64,000 bases of DNA from Bugula neritina (Eukaryota > Animalia > Bryozoa). Every line of letters begins with the position of its first letter. Positions within the stretch are counted from its first letter, which is position 1. A program made the position numbers and the translations under genes. Location: positions 23,824,628-23,888,627 of the forward strand of contig OZ037767.1 of NCBI GenBank assembly GCA_964035545.1, in the 5' to 3' direction. Of this stretch, positions 49,901 to 62,600 are shown piece after piece. Under the pieces are notes generated by a model. The model saw nothing but the letters and a program-made list of their open reading frames with translations. It was not told the DNA's origin and ran no database searches.

Positions 49901-51495
49901 TATTAAATTCTCAAGAAAAAAAGACAGCTTCTTCAACAAGCAGCTCAGCCTCATCTAGTAGCACAAATACGAGCTCTTCTAAAAGGTATGCCTCTTGTAA
50001 TGGAGTCTCTTTTGACTCCTCAGCTAAACTATCTTGCTGGTTTCTGCAATGACTTTTAATCTTAACCAAGAATCTCTAGAGTTAATTCCTTATCTAATGT
50101 GACACTTGACTCACTGATATTGGCAGTTTTATCATTTTTATTACTGTAACATATTATAATGCTATATATAATATATGACAATTTGTGTTCTCCTTAGAGG
50201 TGATGACATCATTATTTTTATTACTGTAACATATAATGCCATGTGTAGTATATGACAATGGCTTCTCCCCTTAGAGGCGATGGTAAGTTCACCATCTACG
50301 ACCTGCGCAGTCATAACTATGACAGACTGATCAAAGACGCAGAGCCCGGTCACCGGCTGCTGGTGCTGTTTGTTGATGCCGAGAATAAGCAGGATTATAT
50401 CAAGAGGTTTGCTGACCTTATGATGCCATTTAAAAGGTAAGCAAATAATCATCTATTGAATGGAAGTATCAGGATCTTATACTACCACTGCTGCCATAGT
50501 ATATGCTATTGTTGAAGTACAGTCCTTCTTGCTGTATAGGCAGCCAAAAAGTTATTCAAGTCATTTCGCAACCTTGTTACTATTTAATGCAACGCTGCAT
50601 AATTTTCGGCATGGACTTCAACTGCCTACTTACGATATCACCTCGCCAGCAAGTCTGTAACTTCTCTCATGTCCAACTCAGTTATATATCTGTTTTTGTA
50701 TTGGCTACTCCAGTTTTCTTGTTATTTCTTGCAGAACCCCATACTTATTGTTTGCCTTTCTTTACATTGACAAGTATATCAACTGGTACCAGAGACTGCT
50801 CTCCCTCACTGTTGGTCACAAAGAGCAGTTGAAAGATATACAGTATCAACTTTGTGCTGGTAAGAAACCTCTAGTCTTGTACAAGATTTGTCTGTTTGGG
50901 CACCAGTGCCAAAAAAGTGAAAGTCTGAGCATTGATTACTTCTATTGTGTTGTCAGGTACAGTGTTGGCTATAAATGGCTACAGGAAATACTACAACATA
51001 TATCATCCTAAAACATTAAATATCCGCAGTAGGCAGTCTGGTGATGGCGCCTTTGTCGGCCTGGAGGACAGCTCAGATTCTGATCTAGAAGGTAAGTTTC
51101 TAATCAACTTTTGTCAAGTCAAGTAAAACTTGGTGAATTGTATGAAATTTAAGCTTGCATAGACGTAGGTAAAGTACAGGCATGCAATGAGAGAGTGGGT
51201 TGTGAATTTAGTAGCGTGTTTTATAATTATGATATTGTAAACAGAAGGTGACATGTGGGTTTTTGTAGTAACAACTAATATTTATTTAGGATCAAATGGG
51301 GAAATTCAAGGTATCAATGGCTATCAACAAGAGATAGATGGAAATATGTTGCTGGCGCAAAACAGACTTTTAGATGGCTTGAGTCATTGGGTTGAGAGGT
51401 TGTTTGACGGCTCCCTACTCAAATGTCAGGTGGACCGCTGGCCAATGTTTCCTGTCGATGAAGTCACTAAAACTGAACAAAAAAAGGATCAATAA
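44000..51495 (+). CDS. DNAJC16: DnaJ homolog subfamily C member 16 (ERdj8): signal peptide, J domain, thioredoxin-like domain, TM segment
   Basis: Sixteen exons: 44000-44157, 44596-44662, 44753-44925, 46113-46246, 46574-46761, 46961-47145, 47531-47606, 47867-47997, 48465-48639, 49043-49203, 49649-49735, 49827-49985, 50275-50436, 50735-50859, 50957-51091, 51290-51495. Motifs: DPYETLGV..YKKLAREWHPDKN, DFCFNC, LPRIASPAIFDELCP, GTVLAINGYRKYY..YHPK, LLDGLSHWVERLFDGS..WP. Confidence 0.93.
47283..47498. repeat. 16-bp tandem repeat (CACCTGTTTTACTAGT), about 13 units, in DNAJC16 intron 6
   Basis: Read directly. Confidence 0.95.
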
Positions 51496-52149
51496 TTTAA
51501 AATCACTTCGTTTCATCACACTATTTATTTTCATGTGTTGTAGTTAGGTATTTGTATAAAAGACTGAACAATCAGCGAATCAGGTTTTTTTGTAAAATAA
51601 ATCATGTTGAGTCGTTGTGAATCTCGAATGCTAAAATTATAAATATTGTTTTCCTTATAGGTTATGTCACAAATATTGCTTGTAGTTTCATTTTTTCTGT
51701 ATGTAATAAATTCAAGTATTCAAATATGTTGTATAAAATTTAAGTCCAGCGATCTTATAGATGCTAGATTACTATGCTAATTTACAAACACTCGCAATAT
51801 TAAGCATGTTCTTTTTAGTACCATATTTATTTATTTGTTAATCTTTTTTGTTGCAGCTTATGTTGAAAAATAAATATCGCATATTGCTATTGTTATTGAA
51901 TACTGATCTCCAAACTGGGCAATATGAATATGGGCCTTGTGTAGTTACAATTCAATCTCTGCTCATAAGCATAAACTCAAAATTTGACATAATTAAAACG
52001 CAAATGTAATATACTGAACAACAAATACAATGCACCCTGCTTAAAAAGCCTGGTTTATTATCCACCTGCGAAATAATTGTGCTCAAACCATTACACATGA
52101 AAAGATAACTCTGTAGTGTGACATTATTGTAGAAAACGAATGATCACCT

Positions 52150-52322
52150 TGAACAACCAATCGCAGGGTGGGAAAGCAGCGCATTTATTTTTCGGCCATA
52201 TTGGAATTTCTTTTTCCCATTGAGTGACGTGCGATAGGCTACAGGAGCCCGACTTTTTATATTTTCTCTTGATTTATATTTATCACTCACAAATAAGCTA
52301 TACGATATTATATTGATAAACA
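52150..52322 (+). promoter_or_regulatory. Proximal promoter and 5'UTR of the FUBP gene
   Basis: CCAAT (aaccaatcgc), a reverse CCAAT (tattgg) and a CRE-like TGACGT in a CpG-richer patch immediately upstream of the ATG at 52323. Confidence 0.45.
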
Positions 52323-55300
52323 ATGGAGCAAACGTCAAATGTGGCTTTCACAGATGCTGTTGCTCGAGCAAGACAGGTAATGATATTTAAACCTGGCCTC
52401 GGCTAAAATAAAAATAACTGTAAGACTTAGACTTAGACTAAGATTAACTTTAAAAGTTTCAGTTTAGTCTTTGAGACTTAAACTCAAACGGACTTCAACT
52501 TCATTTAATTTTATCAGTAATTCACTTTCAGTATGGTTGTGAGTATCACTCATGAATGATTATAATAATAATAATTTAAAAGTAAGTGTAACTGTAAGTT
52601 ATTCATATTGATATTGTTGAACTTAGAGTTAGAGTTACAAACTTTGAGTTGAGACTTTAAAAACTTTGCGTTGAGACTCTAACAACTTTGCGTTGTGGTT
52701 GGAGTAAGTCTAACTGCAGATGTATTGTGTAACTATGAAGTCAAAGTTTCAGTTCCATACACTAACACTTAGCATTGCGGTTAGTGTTGCATTCAGTTTC
52801 ACTAATTCATTATCGTTCTGGTAGTTTAAATATTATTTGTCACTGAATGACTGATGATATTATTATTTATAATTATTGTAATTATGTTTATTGGCATAAA
52901 ATTAAAATTTAATTATTTATATCAATATTATTGTTACTATAAGTGTAAATTCATTGCTATTAGTATTAGTCGTACTCTTATTAAGACTGTCATAGAAATA
53001 GACGAGTCATTCAACAGAAGTTCAAGTATTCAGTAGAACCACGGCTTACTCGTTAGCCATTTAACCATTGCGCTTAGTTTTGCGACAACACTAATACTAA
53101 TAGAACAATAAGTTATGCTTGCTGTTAGCCTAAGGTGATATGCATATCATTACAGTTACTATTGATTTGCACTTAGTTTTGTATAACTATGAACTTCAAC
53201 TTGACGTGAAGAACTAATCCTATACTTATACCAAGTCAAGCCCAATACTAAAGCAGTTAAACTTACAGTTTCAATTTGAATTGTTTGTGTATTTTCTAAA
53301 TATTATTAGTAAAGTATTGAGATGGGTGTAGTAATGGAAAAGTGCAGAAAATACTGTTCAAGAATAGTTATGTTTTTTGAGAAATTCAACCCAAACCATA
53401 ATTTGTTAGCAAACTAAAAAAAGTTCAGGCTATGAAACTTTGTCCACTGCTTATTATCATACTGCACTTAAATTTAGAGTATTACTATTGGTATTAGACT
53501 TCTAATAACTATGGAAATCACATTTAATGATTAATTTTCGTATTGATCTTCAATGATTAGATATGGATGTCTGAGAGTCAGTAATTATTATGTTTGGTAA
53601 TTTACTAGTATTGCTTATACTGTGAATATTAATACTACGTCTTATACTATGTTAAATAGTACTTCCTGCTATTCAAGTATTTAGTATTGATAGGCGGTGA
53701 TCATTAAACTATGCCTTAATCACTAAGGCTGTAATATTAATATAGAGACATTAAATTGCCGAATTAAACATTTTTTCTAGATTTCAATTTTGCCTTCAGC
53801 ATACAAAACTGAACAGATTATAAAACTTATCCAACTATCAATATTCATACTTTTAGATTGCTGCCAAGTTAGGCACTGGAAACACTGCTGCTGCTGCCCC
53901 TGGTGCTAGTAACGGAAGTTCTGGTGGTGGATTTGCAACTTCCAACCCTCTCACAGGGGGACTGCCTGATAAAGGAAATCCCAACAACATGCCTTTGGGT
54001 GTGAAGCGACCATTTCCGGGAGGCTCTGGGGATGAGGATTCTAGTGCTAAGAAGCCAGCAGGAGAACCAGATGGTAAATACTTGGCGGTTATGCTATAGG
54101 GAATACCTACTGGAGATGTAGTGCCTGGGTCATTGCTTGAAAGATCCAGTTTTGATTGACTTTTGATACGTTATCAGTCATATCATGTGACTACAGCTAT
54201 TGAAACATTTCAAATTGATATATTTGCTATATTTGTTATTGTCGCGAGTGAGTTGTAAACTACAGAATGTAGTTGCCTGATTTTCTTATCTTCAGTATAA
54301 TGATCTGTTATCATAGTTTACTTTACTATTGTTTAGCCATCACAGCTCAGCTGCGGGCCCTTGCTGACCAACAAAGAACGTCTGCTAAAGATGCTGCCAA
54401 GATAGCTGCCGAGCAAGTCGCTGCCAAACTCAATCAGTCAATCGGAGTAGCCGGAGCTGTCACTGGCGGGGGCGTGGGACCCCATGCTGGTCTGGGCTTA
54501 GTTGTCTCCGAGGAGTGGGCAATTCCCAACAGAGTTGTGGGCCTTGGTATGTATTGTATGAATAATTCTTGGCTAGACTCTGGTTGTGTATTGTATATTG
54601 TCCCCACTCTACCAGATTAAAGTTAGTTTATAATTTAGCTATTTGCAATTTATCAGTCAGTTAATGTTTGTTTAGACTTTAGCAAGTGGTGTACTGTATA
54701 TGTTGATGAATATTTTTGAGAAATTTTAAAATTTGAATGAAATGCGTTAGCTCTACAGCCTGTAGTAATACATTAGTTCTACTATATCTAGCAATACATT
54801 AGCTCTACAGCCTGTAGTAATACGTTAGTTCTACTGTATCTAGTAATACATGAGCTCTGTTGTCTGTAGTAATACGTTAGCTCTACTGTTTCAGTTATCG
54901 GCAGCAAAGGAGAGAGCATCACACAGATCCAAGCACAGTCAGGCTGCCGTATTCAAATCGCTCCAGACCCCCCACCGGGCCAGACTCTGATTGAGCGCCA
55001 GGTCTCTCTCAACGGTACTGCAGACAGCATAGCCAAGGCTAAGGACCTCATCAACAAAACCATCAACGAGGCTGGTCACACGTCTAATGGCGGCATTCCC
55101 TCGGACCAAGGAGGTACGTATGTTGGTGCAAACACGTGGTTGTAGGCTGTAGATAGCACCGAGTAGATGTGACTGTTGTTATATATGTTTATGTCTTTCT
55201 TGTTAAGGCGAGTTCTGTTTGGTAGGACAAACCACCACAGAAATGATGATCCCGGGGAACAAAGTTGGTCTAGTTATTGGTAAAGGTGGTGACACTATCA

Positions 55301-57998
55301 AGCAACTGCAGGCTAAGAGCAATTGTAAGATGATGATGGTGCAAGATGGCCCCTATCAGACCTCTCATGAGAAACCTCTGCGTATTACAGGTTACTATAT
55401 GACTATTACTAGTTTATACTCTCACTATTACTAGTTTATACTCTCACTATTACTAGTATATACTCTCTCACTATTACTAGTTTATACTCTCTCACTATTA
55501 CTAGTTTATACTCTCTCACTATTACTAGTTTGTACTCTCTCACTATTACTAGTATATACTCTCTCACTATTACTAGTTTATACTCTCTCACTATTACTAA
55601 TCTGTACCTCAATTCCATGTAGGAGATGCCAGCAACATTGAGAGTGCTAAGAGAATGGTCACAGATCTAATGAACTCAAAAGATCTGCCCCCTAGAGGGC
55701 CTCCTGGGGTTTCAGGGTTTAACCAGTATGGAGATGCAGGTCTACCTGAGTCGGTAAGCATTCTATCCCATGATTTCTTTTCTTATTTCCCACCTGTGCA
55801 GTCTAACCCTTGAGGGAAGGTGTAACCTGTCCATATATTCAACTATAGGTGCCTGTGCCAAGGGAAGCTGTTGGTATCATCATTGGTAAAGGTGGAGATA
55901 TGATAAAAAACATTCAAGGCAAGTTCAACGTGCGGGTGCAGTTTCAGAACGACACGGGTGGACCGCAGCGAATCTGTGACATCTCTGGAGCTCCCAATGA
56001 TGTATTTGCTGCCAAGCAGCACGTTCTCGAGTTGATTTCCGATAGCGAGGTGAGTCAGCGCTGTTAACTTTCCTCGTGTGCTGCCGTCATGACGCTACTG
56101 TACCCGAGTCCGGTAGCACTTCATGAGTTGTTGTGTTGTAGCAAAGGTCTGGTGGATTGGGTGGAATGAGTAGAGGTGGTGGAGCACCTCGCGGTGGTAG
56201 AGGTGGTTTTGGCGGCGGCGGCCCTCCACGTGGTTACGGTGGACCCGGTGGTCCAGGTGGAGAGGAGCAGACTTCTATGAGAGTCCCTTCGGAGAGGTGT
56301 GGCATTGTCATCGGTAAAGGTGAGTAAACTTCTCTACAACACGCTGCCGTGTGGTTGTCTGTACCTACTTGGCAGCAGATCAAGACGTGGTCTCTGTCAT
56401 TGTAAATAAATCTAAGATAAAACTAGATTAGCACTACTTGCAATCCATAACTGCTTGTGACTAACTGGTTAAGTTATGAGATGGTGCAAACAGCCACACT
56501 GCACTCTATTCTGTACTCTGTTGGTTAGTTTCATTTTCTCAATTGTGAGTTGAACACCACTTGATCATTATCCTATAGCATTGAAGCTCTCGGTACATGA
56601 CTTCCAGCTTGTCTAACTAATTACTAAGCTATACTTTACTTGCTTGTTTGATTGAACATCATGAAATAGTTACTCTGCTGCTAATACTGTCACCACCACT
56701 ACTAGTAGTACTACTACTACTAGTAGTACTACTACTACTAGTAGTACTACTGCTACTAGTAGTGGTACTACTACTAGTAGTAGTACTACTACTACTGCTG
56801 CTGCTGCTACTGCTACTACCACTATTACTGCTACTACTACTGCTGCTGCTGTTATTACTACTAACTGCTACCACCACTACTACTACTACTACCGCTAGTA
56901 TTATTATCACTATACTGCTACTATTATGTCAGGCGGTGAAAACATACGTAGCATATGTGAGATGTCGGGAGCTCATGTTGAGCTGAACCGTAATGCTCCT
57001 CCTGGTCCAGATAAGGAGTTCACTATTAGAGGTTCAGCTGAACAGATCCAACACGCAATGCACTTAATTGGTGAAAAGATATCTATTCCTCCTAGAGGAC
57101 CAGGAGGGCCTGGTGGAGGGCCTGGGGGTGCACCTGGTAAGCAACCTAGCCTGCTGATATCCTGACATCTTGTGTAGGTGTGGCTGTGGTGTATTCACTG
57201 CGGGCTGACTCAACTTCTTGTTACTTGTAGGCTGGGGCGGACCTCCCCAAGGCGGGCCATACGGTGGCGGCGGTGGACCTCCAGGATGGAGTGGCGGTCA
57301 CGGTGGGCCTGGTGGACCTCCCCAACAGCAGGCACAGCAGGGCTGGGGTAACTACAACTACAACCAGTGGGGTCAAGGTCAGGGGCAGACAGCCAATCAG
57401 CAAGCACCTGGCACCGGGCAAGCAGCTACTGGTTGGTATTGAATTCTCCTGCTCTTAAATCTAAAATTGTGCCTGTCCTGTCAGGGGCTAGAGATCTTGA
57501 CACAGCATATTGTACTAGCATACTCACTGTAACCCTTGTACTCTGGGTATAGTACTAACTATAACTCACACTCTCATACTATACTGTAGGTGAGCAACAG
57601 CAAAGCAACGACTCAGCATGGCAGGCCTACTATGCACAGTATTATGCACAATATCAGCAGCCCGGCTCCCAGCAGTCACAATCTGCTCAGCCAGGACAAC
57701 CGGCTGCAGGTGGAGCACCTCAAGCTGCTGCCGCACCGACCTCGGCAGCGGCTGCTCCCGCCACGTCCGCTCAACCAAGTGAGTTTCTTGTGCTGTGTAT
57801 ACGTCGTACTGTCTACTTGTCACGCACACCCGCGTGTTACACAATGCTCTGTGTGTTGTAGAGATAAATCCCGCCACAGGTCAGCCCGACTACAGTGAAC
57901 AGTGGGCAGCGTACTACCGACAGATGGGTTACCACGACCAGGCTGATGCCATCCTCAAACAGGCACAGCAGCAATCTGGACAGGCTCCAGCCCAGTAG
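52323..57998 (+). CDS. FUBP1: Far upstream element-binding protein (FUBP1/KHSRP/PSI family), four KH domains
   Basis: Exons 52323-52376, 53857-54073, 54337-54546, 54895-55113, 55208-55390, 55623-55753, 55849-56049, 56142-56319, 56933-57136, 57231-57431, 57590-57778, 57862-57998. N-box AFTDAVARARQIAAKL, four GxxG KH loops (GSKG, GKGG x3), RGG linker, and C-terminal AWQAYY and PDYSEQWAAYYRQ motifs. Confidence 0.95.
54745..54890. repeat. Degenerate ~26-27-bp tandem repeat abutting a FUBP acceptor
   Basis: Recurring ttagctctac...tagtaatac units. Confidence 0.85.
55402..55600. repeat. 24-bp tandem repeat (CTATTACTAGTTTATACTCTCTCA) filling FUBP intron 5
   Basis: Read directly; it explains the LVIVREYK ORF. 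Confidence 0.95.
56670..56925. repeat. (CTA/CTG/TAG)n trinucleotide low-complexity tract before FUBP exon 9
   Basis: Read directly; it explains the poly-L and poly-S ORFs. Confidence 0.95.
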
Positions 57999-58154
57999 CC
58001 TTTCTCTATACACTCTCTACACACCGTACTTCAGGTAACTGAGATATTCTCTAGCCAGTCTATGTTATACCTGCATGTATATTATATATACTACTATTGT
58101 GTATACATTTTCACACCGCTTGTATGTCTGTCCTAATCAAACATTGAGTTTCAG

Positions 58155-58200
58155 AGCGGTGGTTATCCACCAGCCCACATGGTATGGGCAGATAGCGCAG
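58155..58200 (+). other. Candidate 46-nt cassette exon within a FUBP 3'UTR intron (58035-58282)
   Basis: Donor TCAG|GTAACT at 58035; branch-like CTAAT (58133) and TTTCAG acceptor (58154); donor GCGCAG|GTTAGT (58201); final acceptor TTCTCTTTTACAG (58282). Confidence 0.55.
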
Positions 58201-59621
58201 GTTAGTATAGTTCAGTTATCCTCCTACGAAAACTCTACTGCGCAGTTTGTTATAGCATTTGTTCTCATGTTCTCTTTTACAGGAGATATAATTGTGTGAG
58301 CTGAAGAATTGTACATACTCAACCGACACACTCTGTATTTGTATCTGGTTGCATAATAATCTCATTTGAATATGAATATACCTACCGTATACAGTACATG
58401 AATATTCACTGCATACTCCTTACCATTTACTTATTGTTTGCTGTTTAACATGGTGTATATCAACAATTGAATTTATATTCCTGTAACTCGTATACTGCAC
58501 ATTGTTTACATGCTTGTCTGTACTTCATCTCATTCAGTGCTTCACTCTTCTCGGATCCTCTCATCTTTTCATCAAATCTTGTGATTTCTTGCTATTTTGT
58601 CCTTTTCATATGCATTGTATTGGTTTCATTTTCATCTGCTTAGAGTATTTATATGCCTTGCTGTTTGGAATTATCTCCTACCACTGAATTTATTAGCTAC
58701 ACGAAATGTACATCACATTGCTTTCAGTTTTACATGTACTATATATTCATGCATAGTAGTATAATTGCTAATATTGCACCACTGTCAACTTAATAGCTAT
58801 AACGAAATATAATGTATCGTGTCTCGTATGTTTTGGAATTTTATTGCTGAATGTAGTCTAAGCAGGCAAACTTCGAGACGACTGAATTCAGGTTGGGACA
58901 ACTCTGGGCACACAGTAAGTGTAACCATGATTGCACAACTCCCACATGTTTGCTCTGCAATAGTATTGATATAACTTGTACATACTCGTAGATATGGTGT
59001 TTCCTTACAGTTACTATTCTGTTAGTTAGGAGTTGATGAATAATAAGATACATGCCTTGCACATTTCTCCACCAATACTAGTCTATGTGATGCATCTAGA
59101 TATAAGTTTGTGCATGCTGTTATCATGATTGTGTACACATTATACATGTTGAAACATTACAGTGTAGGGTTTTGGTTTTATACTGTCTAATAATTGTCAT
59201 GACTTCTCATTGTTCGCCACATGCTTGACTTCAATAATGCAGTTTATTCACTTTCATTGCATACTATTATGTTATCGTATCATTGGCTTTATTATGCAAC
59301 CCAGATAACACCAACCAGAGTTATTCTCTCCTCACCAGCCAACACTTCCATTTTATCATCAGTAGAATGAACAACTCCAAGTTCATTGGATTTTAGTATT
59401 TTTCAAGTTTATTTCTTGAGATTTTTATGTAATGTGTATAAAGATGGCTGTTTTTGTGTTGTACTGTACAATGTATTTTGTGTTTGATTAACCTAATATG
59501 TAAATATACTATTCATTATAATAAATATATGTAATAAGCATTAAACATTGGTTATTTTACATAGTATATGCATTAAATGGTAAATTTCAAAATGAAAATA
59601 GGCAGCTTAAGGTCTAAAGAT

Positions 59622-62600
59622 CTACCTGTTTCTGCTATCATCCAAAGGATTGCCCACTACTGATTTATGAATAAAAATGAACAGTGGAATATAAGTTAGA
59701 AAGTCTAAAAAGTCCAGATCTGATTTCTCAGCGAGCACTCGAGTAACATATTCTTCATGCAAAGGGCTGATGCCACCAGCCTTAAGCTCAATAGCTAGTT
59801 TCCCTCTGGATATAGTGTTGGTGTCTAGGTCACAACATGTCTCCCACAACTTCTTGTAGAAATGAACATTAATATCGATGGCTCTGAGATCCAACAAGCT
59901 GTAAATCCTTCGCATGAATTCACTGCAATGCAATCATTATGTGTGTGCAACTAGAAAATGGTCAAAGCCCTTAAAACTTCTCTTATTACAAGATGATAGG
60001 CATGTATTTCAAGTGCAGCAAGAAAATTTTGTGTGGTGTAACAAAATTGCTTACTCTAGTGATGCGATTCTTTGGCTGAGTGCAACTAAAAGTGAAAAGC
60101 ACCTGAAGTCGCATCCTTGGGCTGTATTGTAGCCCAGTGTTTCGGATATCTGTAAAAAAGAAGACGACTGCCTGTTTAAAATAGTCGTAGTTGTAAGGTG
60201 GTTGGGAATCCAGGTAACTCCCAGCAATGTGTCTGGTAGGCAACTGGTGGTGGTTATAAGTATTGAAGCTTTTCAGGATAAACAACATTCTGGCAAACCT
60301 AATTACACTTAACTAGTAGACTTACTCGCAAGACATACTCCTGCTCAACAGTCTTCAGTTCATGGTTCATACTTGTCAGGCCTATTAGAACCTCTTCTAA
60401 AGGTATTTTATTGGAGTCATCTGATTCTTCGGGACTGCTCAACAGCTGAAAAACAATCCAGTTGTGTGACTGCTCAATCAAAATAGTGGATGCTCCACAA
60501 TGATATTTAACAAAAAATCTTGTAGAATATTGAGTACTTACAGCGTTGAAAATTTCTCTATACATGCTTAGAGTGCCCCTGCTGAATACACAGAATTGTG
60601 CCAACCAATCGTCTGCAATGAATAGGGGACAAATGAGATTTACATTTTTAGTGTCAGTTGCAAGATATGCCTGGTGTAAGGCAAAAGTGTTACTGGTGGC
60701 ATTCTATTAGAATATTGATTGAATTCAAAGAGATGGAGTATGCATGTGGTTGCCATTTCCTTCCAGAGAAACAATGTGGCAGAAGTTGTGTGCTCTTGAC
60801 TGAGCTTACCTCGGTGTGTTGCATTTATTGCCAAAAGATTGGGATATTTTTTGCTGCTTAAGCAAATTCTCAGCCCTGCAAATTGAATTTCAATTTGCTG
60901 TGCTTCGAATTTTCTAATGGCCATAATACGTATTTAGTGTTCATAATAACTTCATTTCATCTGCTGTGAAATATGAATACCTTGGAAAAACCTTGAGCCT
61001 CAAATAAATTGAAGTTGGTGCAGTATATAGCTAAAACACATGAAAAAGTTGACAATGCATTGAAAAGCTTGTAATTACTAGATGCTGAATCAAAAGGTTC
61101 ACTTACAGTCGCTAAGATCTCCAATCTCCTCTTCCTTCCTTATTTGAATCTTTTGGAAGTGAAGATGCTGAGTTCTTGCAAGTTTCATTTTCATTGCTTT
61201 CTTTTTTCTTTCCTCAGCTAATCTATCAGCACACAGGTGTATTTGCAAGAACCAAGGATGCTTTACCTCACATACATACATGCTAATTGTGTGCTTCATC
61301 AAATCACTTTAACCTACTGCTGCACTCTATATCATTTCCCAACAGGGTTGGAAAGCCAAATAGGCTAAACCAGGAGTAAATAGTGACAAAAATTTTGTCT
61401 TCAGCAGCGAAAGAGGTCAACCCCATCTTTACCGACTGTACCACCATCCCCTTTACATGGCCATACAATTATTTTACTCATATATATTGTCAGCTGTAGA
61501 AGTTAATACTCCGTTTGGTTAACAGCAGAATAGGAAAGAGCAATAATATTTCTATCTGTGACTTGACCTATTTACAGAATATGGCAGTATTTAATAAAGT
61601 TTAAACGGACTGAAGCTTGCAATATAAAGATGTGTATGAGTGTGTAAGAGAGTGTGCTAAAGTGCATGTGTGAGAGTGTGTGGTGTTAACACAAAACTAA
61701 ATAAAACATATTTTTGCTTCCAGACATTTGAATACCAACTGAGTCAACATTAAAATCAATTTAAATAAAAAGAGTGAAATATTTAGTAATCGGTGACCAT
61801 TTTACTGTCAACTGATTAAAATGAAGAGCGGGGTATCTGGTAGCAAAACCAAAATTCATGTAGAGGAATAAATTTTCTGGTAAGTTCACTTATTGACAAT
61901 TGATAATGTTGAGTCATGCATTTTCATATGGGATGGCATTAAACATAGAGAAGTAGGGTTAGATAACTCCTACAGTATCTCTACATGGCAGTGGATCACA
62001 AAGCTGGAAGCACTTTGAACAGGAAATACACGGCATACAGAGTATATAGAGTGTACATGGCATACAGAGTATATATACAGAGTATGCATGATATACAGAA
62101 TATACATGGTATATAACAGAGTACATATAGCACACAGAGTGTACATGGCATACAGAGTATATATACAGAGTATGCATGATATACAGAATATACATGGTAT
62201 ATAACAGAGTACATATAGCACACAGAGTGTACATGGCATACAGAGTATACATGAGAATGCACATAGTGTGTTTGGTGCAGATGACGTACCTCTGACGTTC
62301 CTGCTCTTCTCTGTATCGTGTATCTACTTTAGCCTTGCCCCATTTACGTTTGCTTACTTCTACTGATTGCTCTTCAGCCGTCTGACCTTCCTCTATTCCT
62401 ATTGGCTCATTTGATCCCTCCTCTTTCACTTCAGTTGGAGCGGGACTTGGTGAACGCCGTTCAATGACAAAGGACATGTCGCTCTCTGTGAGGTAGTAAG
62501 CGTAACACTTTAAAGGAATGCATTATCCAACAAAACCTTAATACAGCGCTCCCACCGTATCTCACTAAGCTCATAGTCGAATACCATATTTAACTCATGG

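Noticed and set aside
55436-56986. LVIVREYK and poly-L/poly-S ORFs
   Set aside because: Tandem repeats inside FUBP introns.
61959-62289. Cys/Tyr-rich repeated ORFs
   Set aside because: An intronic 88-bp higher-order repeat; only 62290-62485 is exonic.
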